Positions 47,137 to 58,144 of a DNA stretch of 64,000 bases are shown piece after piece. Every line of letters starts with the position of its first letter. Within the stretch, counting starts at the first letter, position 1. Location: the sequence record LC768500.1; one strand, given 5' to 3'. Position numbers and translations under genes: made by a program. Below the pieces are notes generated by a model. The model made no database searches. It was not told the DNA's origin and saw only the letters and a program-made list of their open reading frames with translations.

Positions 47137-49296
47137 TTAGGAGTTAGTGGTATCGAGATCTTCTTCGTTATACGCAGCAAGACTCATGTTCATCATGTAC
47201 TTACCTTTACGGAACCAGACGTTGGCAACGCTGTTCAGAACAGCTCGGCTACCAGCACCGGTTTCGTTGTAAGTGCAGTCAACCCGGAGGTCTTTGAACA
47301 TGGTACCCATACGACGACGGATAGCTGCTTCAGAAGTATCTTTGACGGTTGACGCATAAGTTGTAGCATCAATGGTCGTATCACCGGATACCAGTGTCCA
47401 CGCATCGGCTACGATCTTCTCAATACAAACCGCGGTGAAGTTAGTGATCAGGTCCTTCAACACGGCGTCGTTATCGTCGTACACTGTTGGAAGTGCAGGA
47501 CGGTAATACTGAGACGTGTTGTAAGGACGAAGACTGATACCACCTTCATCGAAGTTATTCGCAGCAGCGTCATCACCTTCGAAGTCCATGGTCGGAGAAT
47601 GCATCTGGGTCAGAATGCGATTATCGCCATGATCCGGAGAATTCACCGAGCTCAGGTTACCGGAGCTGTTACCGCCAAGACGAGCGAAGAAGTAAGCCAG
47701 GTCCAGCGTTTGCGGGAATTCAAGGCCGGTGCTTTCGTCGATGATCTTAGCATCCCACAGGGAGATAGCTGCACGGGACGCCGGAGTGCCGTAAAGCGAA
47801 GATTCCGGATACAGACGAATCTTAGTCGCCAGAGACTGCATCATGGAATAACGCTGGGCGATGGTGTTGTCTTCCAGCCATTCGGAAGCCTGCAGGATCA
47901 GAATCTGATCTTTGCGGGTGTTCCAGAGCTCGATCAGGGCGTTCTTAATATCCAGGTTATAACCCACGTCCCAGATAACAGATTGACGGTTGCGCGTCCA
48001 ATCGTTAACAGTGGATGATTGGGCATAAGCCTTAATATCAGCCAGATACAGAGACTGGGCTACAGTCCAAGCGTCTTTGATGCTCAGCTGGTCGATATGG
48101 CCGTTGTTGGTCGCCGGGTCGAAGTTGTAAGTTCCTTCAACCGGAACTGGCGTAGTCCGGTCCGCTTTCAGGAACGGAGAGATGCCGCCAGCAGCGTCAA
48201 TGTAACCGGAGTTAGCGAACGGGTTAGCGTCATCCACCAACATACACGCATAATACGGAACGTTGGTATGGTTAGTCAGCGTGAACGGGTTCATCTGACG
48301 AATTGGGTTGACACCCGTTACGTTAACAAGCGCTGATTTACCAGCAGCCAATTCCGCCGCATACAACGCCGCACAAACTTCCTGGATGTTCTGATCGTAA
48401 ACCTTGACTTCGTAGAACGGAGCAGGGCGCAGAGTTACCTGACGGTTAACGTTAGCGTTGGTGAAGTCGCCCACTGCGGTCGCCAGGCTGTAACGAACAT
48501 CGTACTTGTCTTTGGTGTTGAACAGCGTGTACGTTGCCGATTCACCGCCATTAACGTTGGAGAAGAAAGTCGGGACGCCCGTAGAAGATTTTACGTACAT
48601 TCTCATTGAGAACGGGAACACGCCGTATTCTTCAACGAAATCTGACACCGAATCCCAATCCGTGGAAGCATTGAGGCCCATGGTCAAACCGTGCAGGTTA
48701 TATGCGTCACCAACACCAGCCGGGAGTTCGAAGAACGGATACTGAGTAAACGTAACTTCTTCCCCATTCACCGTTTCGGTGAACGTCGATTTTACGAGCT
48801 TGCCGTATTCTGGCGTGGTCGGCGCGGTAACGTCGAGCTTAACCAGTTTAACGTAAACGCCCGGCACCGCGGTACCACCGGTAACAGGGATCAGTTCACC
48901 ATCGTCGTCGAAAAGATAGCTGCCGTCAGTCGCACGCTGATACTGAGGAATAGATGTACCGTTCCCGATAGCGATAGCGTAAGCAACACGAGCTACTACG
49001 GTGTTGGCGGAAACACGGCGTACACCAAAACCACCCTGACCGCCGGAGGTGATCATCGAGATCAGCTGAGATACCGCGGAGTAATAAGGGGTATCAGGAT
49101 CCAGGATATCGCCGTAAAGATTGGTAAAGTCACTTGAGTTTATGAAACTCTGTCCGAGTTCACCCTTAGGGGTGACTACGGGAATAACCGGGTAATGACA
49201 AGGATACGTAGGCAGAGACGTTACCGGGTTTAAGCGGCTCTTATCGTCCATACCGTTATTGATGACTTGTCCCGGAATGATTTTTGTAAAGCTCAT
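47137..49296 (-). CDS. Tail sheath protein (phiKZ gp29-like)
   Basis: 719 aa; GMDDKS...P..YP.H.P N-terminus; RLYPES..YGTPASRA; canonical position divergent from the terminase operon. Confidence 0.85.
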   Translation of the reverse strand: MSFTKIIPGQVINNGMDDKSRLNPVTSLPTYPCHYPVIPVVTPKGELGQSFINSSDFTNLYGDILDPDTPYYSAVSQLISMITSGGQGGFGVRRVSANTVVARVAYAIAIGNGTSIPQYQRATDGSYLFDDDGELIPVTGGTAVPGVYVKLVKLDVTAPTTPEYGKLVKSTFTETVNGEEVTFTQYPFFELPAGVGDAYNLHGLTMGLNASTDWDSVSDFVEEYGVFPFSMRMYVKSSTGVPTFFSNVNGGESATYTLFNTKDKYDVRYSLATAVGDFTNANVNRQVTLRPAPFYEVKVYDQNIQEVCAALYAAELAAGKSALVNVTGVNPIRQMNPFTLTNHTNVPYYACMLVDDANPFANSGYIDAAGGISPFLKADRTTPVPVEGTYNFDPATNNGHIDQLSIKDAWTVAQSLYLADIKAYAQSSTVNDWTRNRQSVIWDVGYNLDIKNALIELWNTRKDQILILQASEWLEDNTIAQRYSMMQSLATKIRLYPESSLYGTPASRAAISLWDAKIIDESTGLEFPQTLDLAYFFARLGGNSSGNLSSVNSPDHGDNRILTQMHSPTMDFEGDDAAANNFDEGGISLRPYNTSQYYRPALPTVYDDNDAVLKDLITNFTAVCIEKIVADAWTLVSGDTTIDATTYASTVKDTSEAAIRRRMGTMFKDLRVDCTYNETGAGSRAVLNSVANVWFRKGKYMMNMSLAAYNEEDLDTTNS

Positions 49297-49332
49297 GCTC
49301 TAAGCCTCATATTCGGAAAACGTTTTATTAAG

Positions 49333-49356
49333 ATATTTTTTTGATCAAAAAAATAT
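49333..49356. repeat. Perfect 24-bp palindrome in divergent promoter region
   Basis: ATATTTTTTTGATCAAAAAAATAT is its own reverse complement. Confidence 0.8.
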
Positions 49357-49454
49357 AGATGGCCGGCAATCGTATGTCTAGAGTCACCATAAGTTACTCT
49401 CGTTTAATTTAACCGAACCCGGCACATAACATTCAACATAAGGAGCGGGGAGTC

Positions 49455-50333
49455 ATGCTTCTCAACGCATACGAAACCACAGTTGGCAAACCCTTTGCGA
49501 TCATGGATAAAGTCCAGGGCGTCCTAAAATCGTTAGCGACGATGGATGACTTAGACCATTCCAGTAAAGAAGGGGTTTATTTCATTACTTATGAAAACGG
49601 CAGCCAACTTCCTCTTTTTATTTTCCCTTTAAGTTTATTGGATCATCAGCGTCGTAAAATCACCGTTGTTGACAAGCGCCCCTTCTCCAATAAAAAAGAC
49701 ATCATCATTAGCCCTGTGGAATTTATCGGGCAGTTCACCGCGGCGTGCATTCAGCAAGATGTGTTTGAAGGAAACTTAAACACCATCAAAAATTCTCGTT
49801 ATCTGACGACTCGCGGATACGCCAAATCCCTCAGCAATCGCATTGGGCGTCAGAGCGGTTTAGACCCAAGAGAAATGATTGAGCTCGCCATCATTCTAGG
49901 TCACTTCTTTGTGTGTCTCACAGAGAAGCAAAACGACGATTACCAGTTCGTTAGCGCCAACGTACTGAAAAATGCGTTGCAATTAGATCAGAGTATGACT
50001 CAGCCTATTATTGAAGAGATGGGGTTCATTTCAACCATCCCTGAGCTGACCAAATATATCGCTGATCGACCGGGCTTTTTCAAACTGAAGAATTTCACCC
50101 AAAAAGATTTTATCGGGTTGGGTAGCAACATCATCTTCAGTAACCTCGGCAAACAGGTTGTTGGTGCAGCTCTGGAACACCCTCCATTATTTACCGGATT
50201 ATGTTTTATGGCGCTGAAGAACAGAATGTACCTTCAGACTGTTTTGGGTCAGCAAATTGATCCTAAGTACAACGAAAGATTAACCGATAGCTTTGTTAAA
50301 ATGATCAACGGGAATTATCCCGTCCAACTTTAA
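49455..50333 (+). CDS. Virion structural protein (phiKZ gp28-like position)
   Basis: GGAG RBS; NAYETT N-terminus; first gene of the operon ending in terminase. Confidence 0.7.
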   Translation: MLLNAYETTVGKPFAIMDKVQGVLKSLATMDDLDHSSKEGVYFITYENGSQLPLFIFPLSLLDHQRRKITVVDKRPFSNKKDIIISPVEFIGQFTAACIQQDVFEGNLNTIKNSRYLTTRGYAKSLSNRIGRQSGLDPREMIELAIILGHFFVCLTEKQNDDYQFVSANVLKNALQLDQSMTQPIIEEMGFISTIPELTKYIADRPGFFKLKNFTQKDFIGLGSNIIFSNLGKQVVGAALEHPPLFTGLCFMALKNRMYLQTVLGQQIDPKYNERLTDSFVKMINGNYPVQL

Positions 50334-50338
50334 AAGGA

Positions 50339-52942
50339 ATGGACATGAGTGTGTCGTTAGTTCAACCAAGAACTGACTTGATACGTTACGCCGAGTCCAA
50401 TATGTGGTCGTCTCCCTATAACGATCAACAATTCAGGCTGGAGCTACAACGTATCAGTCCCCCAGTAGGGTTGGTCAATACCTTTACGTATATGGGTAAA
50501 GGGAGAGGATTACCCGATTCCACTACCCCTCATCACGTCTATACTCTTAGTGGTACCTCGCTAGGGTACTGGAACTTCATCAACAAAAATATAAAAACTA
50601 ATCCAGTTGATACCTGGGTGAGAGTTGATTGGCTCAGCCATCAACGTGGTGTTTATATTGAACTTTATCGCCCGGACGGCAGAATCTATCCAAGAGATTG
50701 CGCGTGGATCATGCGGACTTATGACGGTGCACACCTTCTTTGTGTGGAACGTTTAACCAACTACCCGCTGCCATTAAACGATAACTTCTATCTACGGTGT
50801 TATACCCCTGATTGGGATATTTATCGTGGGGTGGAAGGAACCGACGAAAATAACGGGTTTCAGTATACCAGTTTCGTTGGTCCAACTCAGGCTAATCTCA
50901 CGGCGCTCCAAACCCAACTCAATACGTGGAGTGGTTTAGGCGGATTATCGTCCATTTATGTCGATGGAATAAAATGTCCGTCTCTTCCTACCGTGTCGGC
51001 TGTTACGTCGAATACCATCGTAGAGATTTTCTACGATCCGACCGTTTATAGAGTCGATAACTACGACTTGAAAACTCTGCCGGACTTCTATTCTGATTTG
51101 GATAGCAAGCGTAAATACATCGTCCACCCTCCTAAGGTTGAAGGTGACTGGGCGTTCCGGTACTTCGACGATTGCGACATCTACATCACGACCCCAACCG
51201 GGAAAGGGTTATATTTCAATATCAATAGTCCGGATGCATTGCGTCAACTCACTCACGCTGACTATAGTGTGAGCGCTGATTACGTCGCGACCCTTATTGA
51301 TACCCTGGCTGATCTTAAGAATCGAGACGATCTGAAATTGCAGGTGATTTATCGCAGCACGAACTGGAGTCACGATCTCGTATGGGAAGCCAATCGAATC
51401 AGGTACCTTTACCGTCTTGATGATAATGGAATAATCAACGCAATGACTGCGGTTCACTCCACGTTGCCTGAATGGACAGCCAGTGGTTTGGAAAATTCTT
51501 ATTCCATGCTGATCAACAGACAGAAATGGGGAGAGCTGACCGATGAGAATATCGTTAAAGCGTTAGGGTTTAATGCCCTGACACAAGCTTTAGCATCATC
51601 ACCGGTATCAATGCCCTACGTGGAAGGATACGCCGGTTACGACGTTCCTGTTAGCTTCCAGGAAGCTTGCGTGGCTTTTGAGTACGATGCCGATGGATTG
51701 CTCATCAACAATTATCCGTTGACTAACGCACTGAAATACGCTCCTAACAATCCAACCTGCGCCATGGTGGAGTTCATCGCTGGTAGTCCGGCCATCACCA
51801 GACATCAAGTGATTGGGAGTGATCCGGTTACGCTGTTGAGTAACTGGTCTTATTTAGCATTGCAATCCGGCCGGTTAGTTTCCACCGGGGAATCTGACGG
51901 GAAATGGGCACCTGCGGTATTGGGGACTGACTATACCGTTACCAATGGTGTTCTTACCTGGATCCATGATTCAACAAACCGGATAGGTAGAGTTATCTTT
52001 AACGATGTTTTCCTTTACAAGGATTTCACGTTATCGCATCTCGACAACTCTATTTATTTCGCCATTACCGAAATATGGGAAGGCGGCGGGATAGCTGCGG
52101 ACATCGCGCCGGCCAACATCTATATTTGGATGAACGGTCATCCCCTCATTCTTAACGTCGATTACGTGATGGATTACCCTAGAGTGTTCATCAATAACAA
52201 GATGTATTTGAATGAGAGCGGAGAAAACGATTTTGTCGTGGCTGCGTTCGGGATAAGTACGAGTTTAACTCAGCCGGTAGAAGAATCTGAATTAGGTTAT
52301 ATCGTCGGTGGGACCATAGGGGTTAACGGACGTTACAATATCCGGGACGGAAGGGATACAAGGCTTATCGCTGCGGGTCGCTTATTCCCATCTGGCGGTA
52401 TCGATGATTCAGAGCAACACGCTCCTCAGAACGCCGGTTATTCTCTCAACGGTTACCCGTATCAGGTTAAGCACGTTTATCAGACCGTTCAAAAAGCGGT
52501 GGATTTTAATAACTATCCTCGGTACGCCGAAGACAGGGATTTGGATAATCGCATCTGTACTTACCTGACGACGTATTGTGAGAAACCAGGACCTATTGTT
52601 TGGCCTAACATCTCCGACAAATACAGATTGTTTAGTCCTTTCCTGAATCAGATCGTAAACGCAATATTGCTGAAAATCATTACCGTCCCTGCACCAACCA
52701 CAGGTGGGGTATTCAGTAAACAGGTGATCAATGAGCTAACCAAAGATTATCAATGGTTGCTTGATTACGATCCGGCTTTCTTGAAATACGACTTACGGTA
52801 TTACACGATCAATCCGTTTTCCATGGCGGGTATGCAAACTGTAACAACCGCCCAGTTACTCTTCATCACTCAGGTTAACGAAATCTATCTCAATAGCGCG
52901 TGCGGCATAGAGGGATATTTTGAGGTAAATAATAATGTTTGA
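50339..52942 (+). CDS. Virion/baseplate protein (phiKZ gp27-like position)
   Basis: 867 aa, aromatic-rich; synteny sheath-gp28-gp27-gp26-terL. Confidence 0.7.
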   Translation: MDMSVSLVQPRTDLIRYAESNMWSSPYNDQQFRLELQRISPPVGLVNTFTYMGKGRGLPDSTTPHHVYTLSGTSLGYWNFINKNIKTNPVDTWVRVDWLSHQRGVYIELYRPDGRIYPRDCAWIMRTYDGAHLLCVERLTNYPLPLNDNFYLRCYTPDWDIYRGVEGTDENNGFQYTSFVGPTQANLTALQTQLNTWSGLGGLSSIYVDGIKCPSLPTVSAVTSNTIVEIFYDPTVYRVDNYDLKTLPDFYSDLDSKRKYIVHPPKVEGDWAFRYFDDCDIYITTPTGKGLYFNINSPDALRQLTHADYSVSADYVATLIDTLADLKNRDDLKLQVIYRSTNWSHDLVWEANRIRYLYRLDDNGIINAMTAVHSTLPEWTASGLENSYSMLINRQKWGELTDENIVKALGFNALTQALASSPVSMPYVEGYAGYDVPVSFQEACVAFEYDADGLLINNYPLTNALKYAPNNPTCAMVEFIAGSPAITRHQVIGSDPVTLLSNWSYLALQSGRLVSTGESDGKWAPAVLGTDYTVTNGVLTWIHDSTNRIGRVIFNDVFLYKDFTLSHLDNSIYFAITEIWEGGGIAADIAPANIYIWMNGHPLILNVDYVMDYPRVFINNKMYLNESGENDFVVAAFGISTSLTQPVEESELGYIVGGTIGVNGRYNIRDGRDTRLIAAGRLFPSGGIDDSEQHAPQNAGYSLNGYPYQVKHVYQTVQKAVDFNNYPRYAEDRDLDNRICTYLTTYCEKPGPIVWPNISDKYRLFSPFLNQIVNAILLKIITVPAPTTGGVFSKQVINELTKDYQWLLDYDPAFLKYDLRYYTINPFSMAGMQTVTTAQLLFITQVNEIYLNSACGIEGYFEVNNNV

Positions 52943-54650
52943 TACCAGCACCACATCGACCACATCAAGTACGAGTGTTGCGGCGACGGGTCCTCAGTTA
53001 CCTAACTCGAATGATCTACTCACCCCACTCGATATTTCCAACCTTTACGATCCGGATACGGTAGCTGATTCTGATGCGTCCAAATACATCGTTGGTCGTG
53101 AAGGCCAAACTGTCATAGACGGATTGAACCAACGAGCTTACGTCATTACTCACGTTGGTACCGAAGATGCGAAATACAAATCAACGTTAAAACGGATAGG
53201 ATTCGTTACGGATAGCGACGACAACTCCAGTGACATCATTGGTTTACCGGGACGTTTTGCCGGCAATGGTGTTTTGGGAATCGACTACAGTGTCAGGCCT
53301 CCTCGGGCTGTCGTCGACGGCCGAGTATGGGCTCCTGATGCAGCTTACGGTTTGCTTTATAAAGGTGTAGTTATCGGTGATACCGGTCAGGTCATTTCTG
53401 TTCAATACGCGACTAACGGTGATTTGATTTCTAATCAGGTCCCGACTAAATTAGCTGCGGTTAACAACATGACCAACCACAGCATCTTCACCACTACTGC
53501 GTTTTCGGTGACTCAAACAGCTGATGAACTCCCTGACGGAAGTTTGTGTACGCTGGTGTTCTTCGATGCCGCCGGTAACATGATTCCTGAACCTTATGAA
53601 CTTGGCGTGATGCACACTGCGTTGCTGAGAGATCATCAGATCGGGATCAAGTATGTTTCGGCTATTGAACTGATTTCTCCTTGGTTCACTGATACGACCG
53701 ATCCTACTACGCTGAACATTCCTATCAACGTTGCGATGAGTTCGGTTCAATTCTCTGCGCGCATCCATTATAACGATGGATCAACCAAAGAGCAATTGAT
53801 TGACGGAACCAAATGTGCGATCATCGGGCTCAATGAATACAAACCTACTACGGTAGGTCAGCGTGCTTCGATCGTACTTCGTTATTCGTTCGATGAGGGC
53901 GAACAGGCTTTAATTGCTACGCCTAATTATCCCGACATGATCACCCAGGCTTATCAGATCGTTTGTACTCAGGTTAACGGTGCTTACTCTCCAAAACTCT
54001 ACACGTATCCAGTGTGGAACGGAACAGGGTATTCGCTCAAACATTACCTGTACGATCTTACCCGCCGATATGCAACTGACGTCACTCAGCACGTTACGCT
54101 CAACGACACGTCGCCAGCCTTCCAGCCGGCCAACTATGGCGTTCAGCAAGACATGGTGTTTAACCTGACGTTGTCAGACGTATCTTCGACGTTTAAAGCA
54201 TGGACGCTGGTACAACATACTTCTATTACGTTGTATAAAGCGAATACCGGGACGGGTCGTCGTTGGGGCATTCGGTACTCTTCTGCGAATAACCCTTACG
54301 TCGCTTATAACGTCGGGTATACCGAAGCCAATGGTGTTCAGTCCATTAACCTGGCTGGCTCCATCCTCACGATTTCTGATTGGTTGAATCGACTCTACTA
54401 TCCGGTAGAACCATTGATCGATACCACGAAAGAATCGGCGGCTCTGGTTCCTAACTATATCCGGTTGGTTGACACTAACGGGGTTACTCACGACCTTGAA
54501 ATCAACGATTGGAATAAACCTCAAGCTCTCACTTCTCCTGTTGCAAGTGGTCAAACCCTCTTCCTGCAATGGATTCAGAAATCAGAGAACGGGGCCGAAC
54601 TCCAATTGGCGACCACGGGTGTTGTTGTAGACGTCGCTCCGAGCAATTAA
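52935..54650 (+). CDS. Virion/baseplate protein (phiKZ gp26-like position)
   Basis: 571 aa, Thr/Ser-rich beta-type composition; synteny. Confidence 0.7.
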   Translation: MFDTSTTSTTSSTSVAATGPQLPNSNDLLTPLDISNLYDPDTVADSDASKYIVGREGQTVIDGLNQRAYVITHVGTEDAKYKSTLKRIGFVTDSDDNSSDIIGLPGRFAGNGVLGIDYSVRPPRAVVDGRVWAPDAAYGLLYKGVVIGDTGQVISVQYATNGDLISNQVPTKLAAVNNMTNHSIFTTTAFSVTQTADELPDGSLCTLVFFDAAGNMIPEPYELGVMHTALLRDHQIGIKYVSAIELISPWFTDTTDPTTLNIPINVAMSSVQFSARIHYNDGSTKEQLIDGTKCAIIGLNEYKPTTVGQRASIVLRYSFDEGEQALIATPNYPDMITQAYQIVCTQVNGAYSPKLYTYPVWNGTGYSLKHYLYDLTRRYATDVTQHVTLNDTSPAFQPANYGVQQDMVFNLTLSDVSSTFKAWTLVQHTSITLYKANTGTGRRWGIRYSSANNPYVAYNVGYTEANGVQSINLAGSILTISDWLNRLYYPVEPLIDTTKESAALVPNYIRLVDTNGVTHDLEINDWNKPQALTSPVASGQTLFLQWIQKSENGAELQLATTGVVVDVAPSN

Positions 54651-54662
54651 CGTTCGTTATCC

Positions 54663-54692
54663 TAACTACCGGTCTGAAAAGACCGGTAGTTA
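54663..54692 (+). terminator. Hairpin, TAACTACCG family
   Basis: TAACTACCGGTCT-gaaa-AGACCGGTAGTTA. Confidence 0.75.
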
Positions 54693-54734
54693 TATTTTAT
54701 ATCGAGACCGAGACAAACCGACAGGATAAAAAAC

Positions 54735-57700
54735 ATGTTTGCAAGTAAAGACGAATTAGAACTACATCTTGCAAGAGAAAAACTTGCTATGATAGGAGCG
54801 ACAGAAAGTCAGCTCCCCGAATACCTGCTCGATGACGACACAGAAGCGCTTCCCATCAGGACCCCAGAAGAGTTGCTTCTAGCCCATTATCGAGAAGATA
54901 CGTTAAGCGCGATCAAAACGGTCAGGTTCTTAAAGGACTTCGAACGTTATAACGCTAAACCGGATCTGACGACGAAGAACATCTCTTTCTTAAAGGTTGC
55001 TGAAATCTTTAGACTGATGGGAATAAAGAATTACTATTTCTGCCTCCAGCTCAACAATCCGTTGCTGATAGGGGTGGATCCTTACGACCCCAACCTGACA
55101 GATGAACAAAAATTCATGATCCTCCAGGAGTGCCGTGAAAACTTCTGGTATTTCCTCCGTGAAGTACTTCATTTGAGTGGGGGTATTCAGTTCCAGGCAA
55201 ACAGAGCAAACATCTGTTTCTTATGGTGTTATTTGTGTCACGTCAACACCATGCTTATCATTCCCCGCCAATTTGGAAAGCTGAGCAAGCTAGATTCCTT
55301 AGTGAAGATCCCAAATGGATGGCGTAGAATGGGTGACATCAAGATTAATGATGTGGTTAGTACTCCAGATGGGGGTACGGCTAGAGTCTCTGGTGTTTAT
55401 CCTCAGGGCGTTAAATCGTTATATCGTGTTACCTTTTATGACGGTCGTACGGCGGATGTTGGCGCCGAGCATTACTGGACTGTTTGGGACCCAGGTAAAG
55501 GCGACGGTGGCATCTGGCGCACACTCACTACGTTAGAATGCCAACAACGCATGACTGAGATGAAGAAGTCGCATAACTATCTCTCCGTTCCTTTGGTTCA
55601 GCCTGATAATGACCCGGACAAGAAACTCGCCATTCATCCTTATGTCTTAGGTGTATTGCTGGGTGACGGCGGTATTTCTGGCAGTTCTGTTTTAATAACC
55701 AAACCCGACAAAGAACTTTACGATAAAGTCTGTAGTCTCATTCCTGATACTCTAGTCGCCGAATGGTGTAATGAAAAAACATTTGTCATTAAGCGCAGAC
55801 CTGATGTTGAAGAAAAGACTAACGTAATGAAAGATAGTCTTAAAAGTGTTGATCTGATGGGCCTTCGGTCCTGGGAGAAATTTGTTCCTACAGATTATTT
55901 AAACGGCTCTTATCGTCAGCGTTTAGAGTTGTTGCAGGGTTTACTCGATACTGATGGACACGCAGGTACCGGTGGTAACATTGAGTACTGTACGACGTCC
56001 CCCAAACTCGCTAAAGACTTCGTTTACCTTGCTCGTAGCATCGGTGCTATCTGTACTTGTAAAGAACGCCAGACGTATTATACCGACAAAGGAGAACGTA
56101 AACCTGGCCGGGTTTCTTATCGCATTAGCGTTCGTTATACGAAACCCTGGGAACTCTTCACGTTAAGTCGTAAACGGGATCGTTTAGTTGACAAAACACG
56201 AGGGTTAAAATTTAACAGCCGTTTAACCATGCGTTCCATCGAGTATGTAGGGGAAGAAGAGACTCAGTGCATTGAAGTGGACCATCCTGATCATCTTTAC
56301 ATCATGGATGATTTCGTCGTCACTCATAATACTGTTTCTGCTCAGAGCATTATGTTCTGGCTAACTTACTTAACCGGGAAGTCTTACGAGTCCCACTTAA
56401 TCACCCTGAAAGACGATAACCGTAGTCAGTTCGTAGAGGCGTTAAAGGGTATCCGTAACAACATCCCGAGTTACTTAACCAACGTGGGGTGGCGAGATAA
56501 GGATAGCGGTAACTCGTTAACCTATAGTGCGTTTGGGGATGATAAGAAAAACATCTTCCGTATTAGCGTGCCGCAAATCGGTAGAGAAGCCGCTCGTAAC
56601 GTCGGTCGTGGTTTGACTATCAAAACGCGTATGATCGACGAACCGGCATATATCAACTTCATGGAAGAGATACTTAACGGTGCAGGTCCTAGTACGCTAA
56701 CGGCTCGTGCTAACGCCAGAAGAATAGGCGAACCCTACGGGACGGGATTCATTACCACGCCTGCGAGTAAAACGACAGCCAGCGGCGAATACATGTACAA
56801 CATGTTGATGGATGCGACCGAGTGGCGAGAAACGTTCTTCGACAGTTTTAACGAAAGTCATCTGTACCAGCGTTTGATTAAAGCGAGTCCTGTGGAGGGA
56901 ATCACCAGTCCTACCGTAGGCATGGTTTTCAACTACTTGCAGTTGGGTAGGAATAAAGACTGGGTTAAGAAAACCATAGACGAGTTAAAGTTAAGTTTAG
57001 CCGAAGCGAAGATTGACTTACTGTTAATGTGGGACGATGCCAGTAAAGGTAAACTTTTCGACGACTTAACTCGAGAAGCATTAAACGAGGGTAAACGAGG
57101 AATACTCTGGAGTCAGGAAGTAGGGAGTACGGGGTTGTTCATCGACTGGTTTATTACGCCAGAAGAACACACTCAAATCATTACTGGGAATAGTCAAACC
57201 TTTTACGTCGTCGGTTGTGATACTTCCGCTGCGCAAAACCGAGACGCCTGTACTGTCGTGATAAGAGACGTCATGGACGGTAAAGTGATTGGGGTGGGTC
57301 GTTATCCGATAGCCTACTTAATGGACGTAGGCGAGGTATTACAGACGATCCTGTTAGAGATTAAGAACAGCTTACTGATCATCGAGCGTAACTTCGCGCA
57401 CCACATGATCGACCAACTGCTCGTTAGTCTTCCTGCATTAGGCATCGATCCCTTTAAACGTATCTTTAATCAGATCGTACAAGATCCGGTTAAGTACGAA
57501 AAAGAAATGATCGAGTTTAAACAACGTAATTTCGCTAACAGAGACAGTCACTTCTATCTGAGATTCAAACATCTGTTTGGGTTCGTTACCAATGCCAAAA
57601 CGCGTGACGAAGTATATAGTTTTATCCAGGAAGCCGTAGGGACGACCGGAGATAAAATTTACTATACCAAACTCATCGACGAGCTGGTTAACCTCAAAGA

Positions 57701-58133
57701 GAAGGGAGGTAGGATAGACCACGAAAACAACAAACACGATGACCTGGTTATCGCTTGGTTGTTGGGATTCTGGTTCTTGAAACTAGGTAACAACAAAAGT
57801 GAGTACGGAATTCCTCCAGGCATTAGTTTGAGTAAAATCAGCTTAATGCGTGTTGGGGACGATAAGAATGAGGAAACCAACAGTGCGCACAATGAAGCGA
57901 TGGTTGCACTCTATCGTCGTAAAGTTGAAGAGCTGAGTGACAGACTTATTAAAACCACCGACAATACCGTAGCTCAAAGGATCGAGTACATGATTGACAA
58001 ACTCAGCAGCATGATCCCTCAGGATAAGCGTAAGAGTTTGACCATCGATGAAATCGTTAGGAAAGCCAAGGAAGAAAGAGGCCGTCGAGTATTGGAAGCA
58101 CGTAAGTTACGCAGTCGTTACGTGTATATCTAA
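54735..58133 (+). CDS. terL: Terminase large subunit, intein-containing
   Basis: NFWYFLRE, Walker A IPRQFGK^T, Walker B MIDEPAY, nuclease VGCDTS and HDDLVIAW. Confidence 0.92.
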   Translation: MFASKDELELHLAREKLAMIGATESQLPEYLLDDDTEALPIRTPEELLLAHYREDTLSAIKTVRFLKDFERYNAKPDLTTKNISFLKVAEIFRLMGIKNYYFCLQLNNPLLIGVDPYDPNLTDEQKFMILQECRENFWYFLREVLHLSGGIQFQANRANICFLWCYLCHVNTMLIIPRQFGKLSKLDSLVKIPNGWRRMGDIKINDVVSTPDGGTARVSGVYPQGVKSLYRVTFYDGRTADVGAEHYWTVWDPGKGDGGIWRTLTTLECQQRMTEMKKSHNYLSVPLVQPDNDPDKKLAIHPYVLGVLLGDGGISGSSVLITKPDKELYDKVCSLIPDTLVAEWCNEKTFVIKRRPDVEEKTNVMKDSLKSVDLMGLRSWEKFVPTDYLNGSYRQRLELLQGLLDTDGHAGTGGNIEYCTTSPKLAKDFVYLARSIGAICTCKERQTYYTDKGERKPGRVSYRISVRYTKPWELFTLSRKRDRLVDKTRGLKFNSRLTMRSIEYVGEEETQCIEVDHPDHLYIMDDFVVTHNTVSAQSIMFWLTYLTGKSYESHLITLKDDNRSQFVEALKGIRNNIPSYLTNVGWRDKDSGNSLTYSAFGDDKKNIFRISVPQIGREAARNVGRGLTIKTRMIDEPAYINFMEEILNGAGPSTLTARANARRIGEPYGTGFITTPASKTTASGEYMYNMLMDATEWRETFFDSFNESHLYQRLIKASPVEGITSPTVGMVFNYLQLGRNKDWVKKTIDELKLSLAEAKIDLLLMWDDASKGKLFDDLTREALNEGKRGILWSQEVGSTGLFIDWFITPEEHTQIITGNSQTFYVVGCDTSAAQNRDACTVVIRDVMDGKVIGVGRYPIAYLMDVGEVLQTILLEIKNSLLIIERNFAHHMIDQLLVSLPALGIDPFKRIFNQIVQDPVKYEKEMIEFKQRNFANRDSHFYLRFKHLFGFVTNAKTRDEVYSFIQEAVGTTGDKIYYTKLIDELVNLKEKGGRIDHENNKHDDLVIAWLLGFWFLKLGNNKSEYGIPPGISLSKISLMRVGDDKNEETNSAHNEAMVALYRRKVEELSDRLIKTTDNTVAQRIEYMIDKLSSMIPQDKRKSLTIDEIVRKAKEERGRRVLEARKLRSRYVYI
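55281..56330 (+). mobile_element. 350-aa LAGLIDADG intein, class-3 signature, N-terminal Leu
   Basis: Inserted between K and T of Walker A; ends VVTHN with +1 Thr; LGVLLGDGG and LQGLLDTDG motifs; block B EHYW, block F QCIEV, block G THN. Confidence 0.9.
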
Positions 58134-58144
58134 ATTTTTATAAG

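Noticed and set aside
47599-49137. Plus-strand ORFs opposite the tail sheath gene
   Set aside because: Same shadow effect; the sheath frame accounts for the region.
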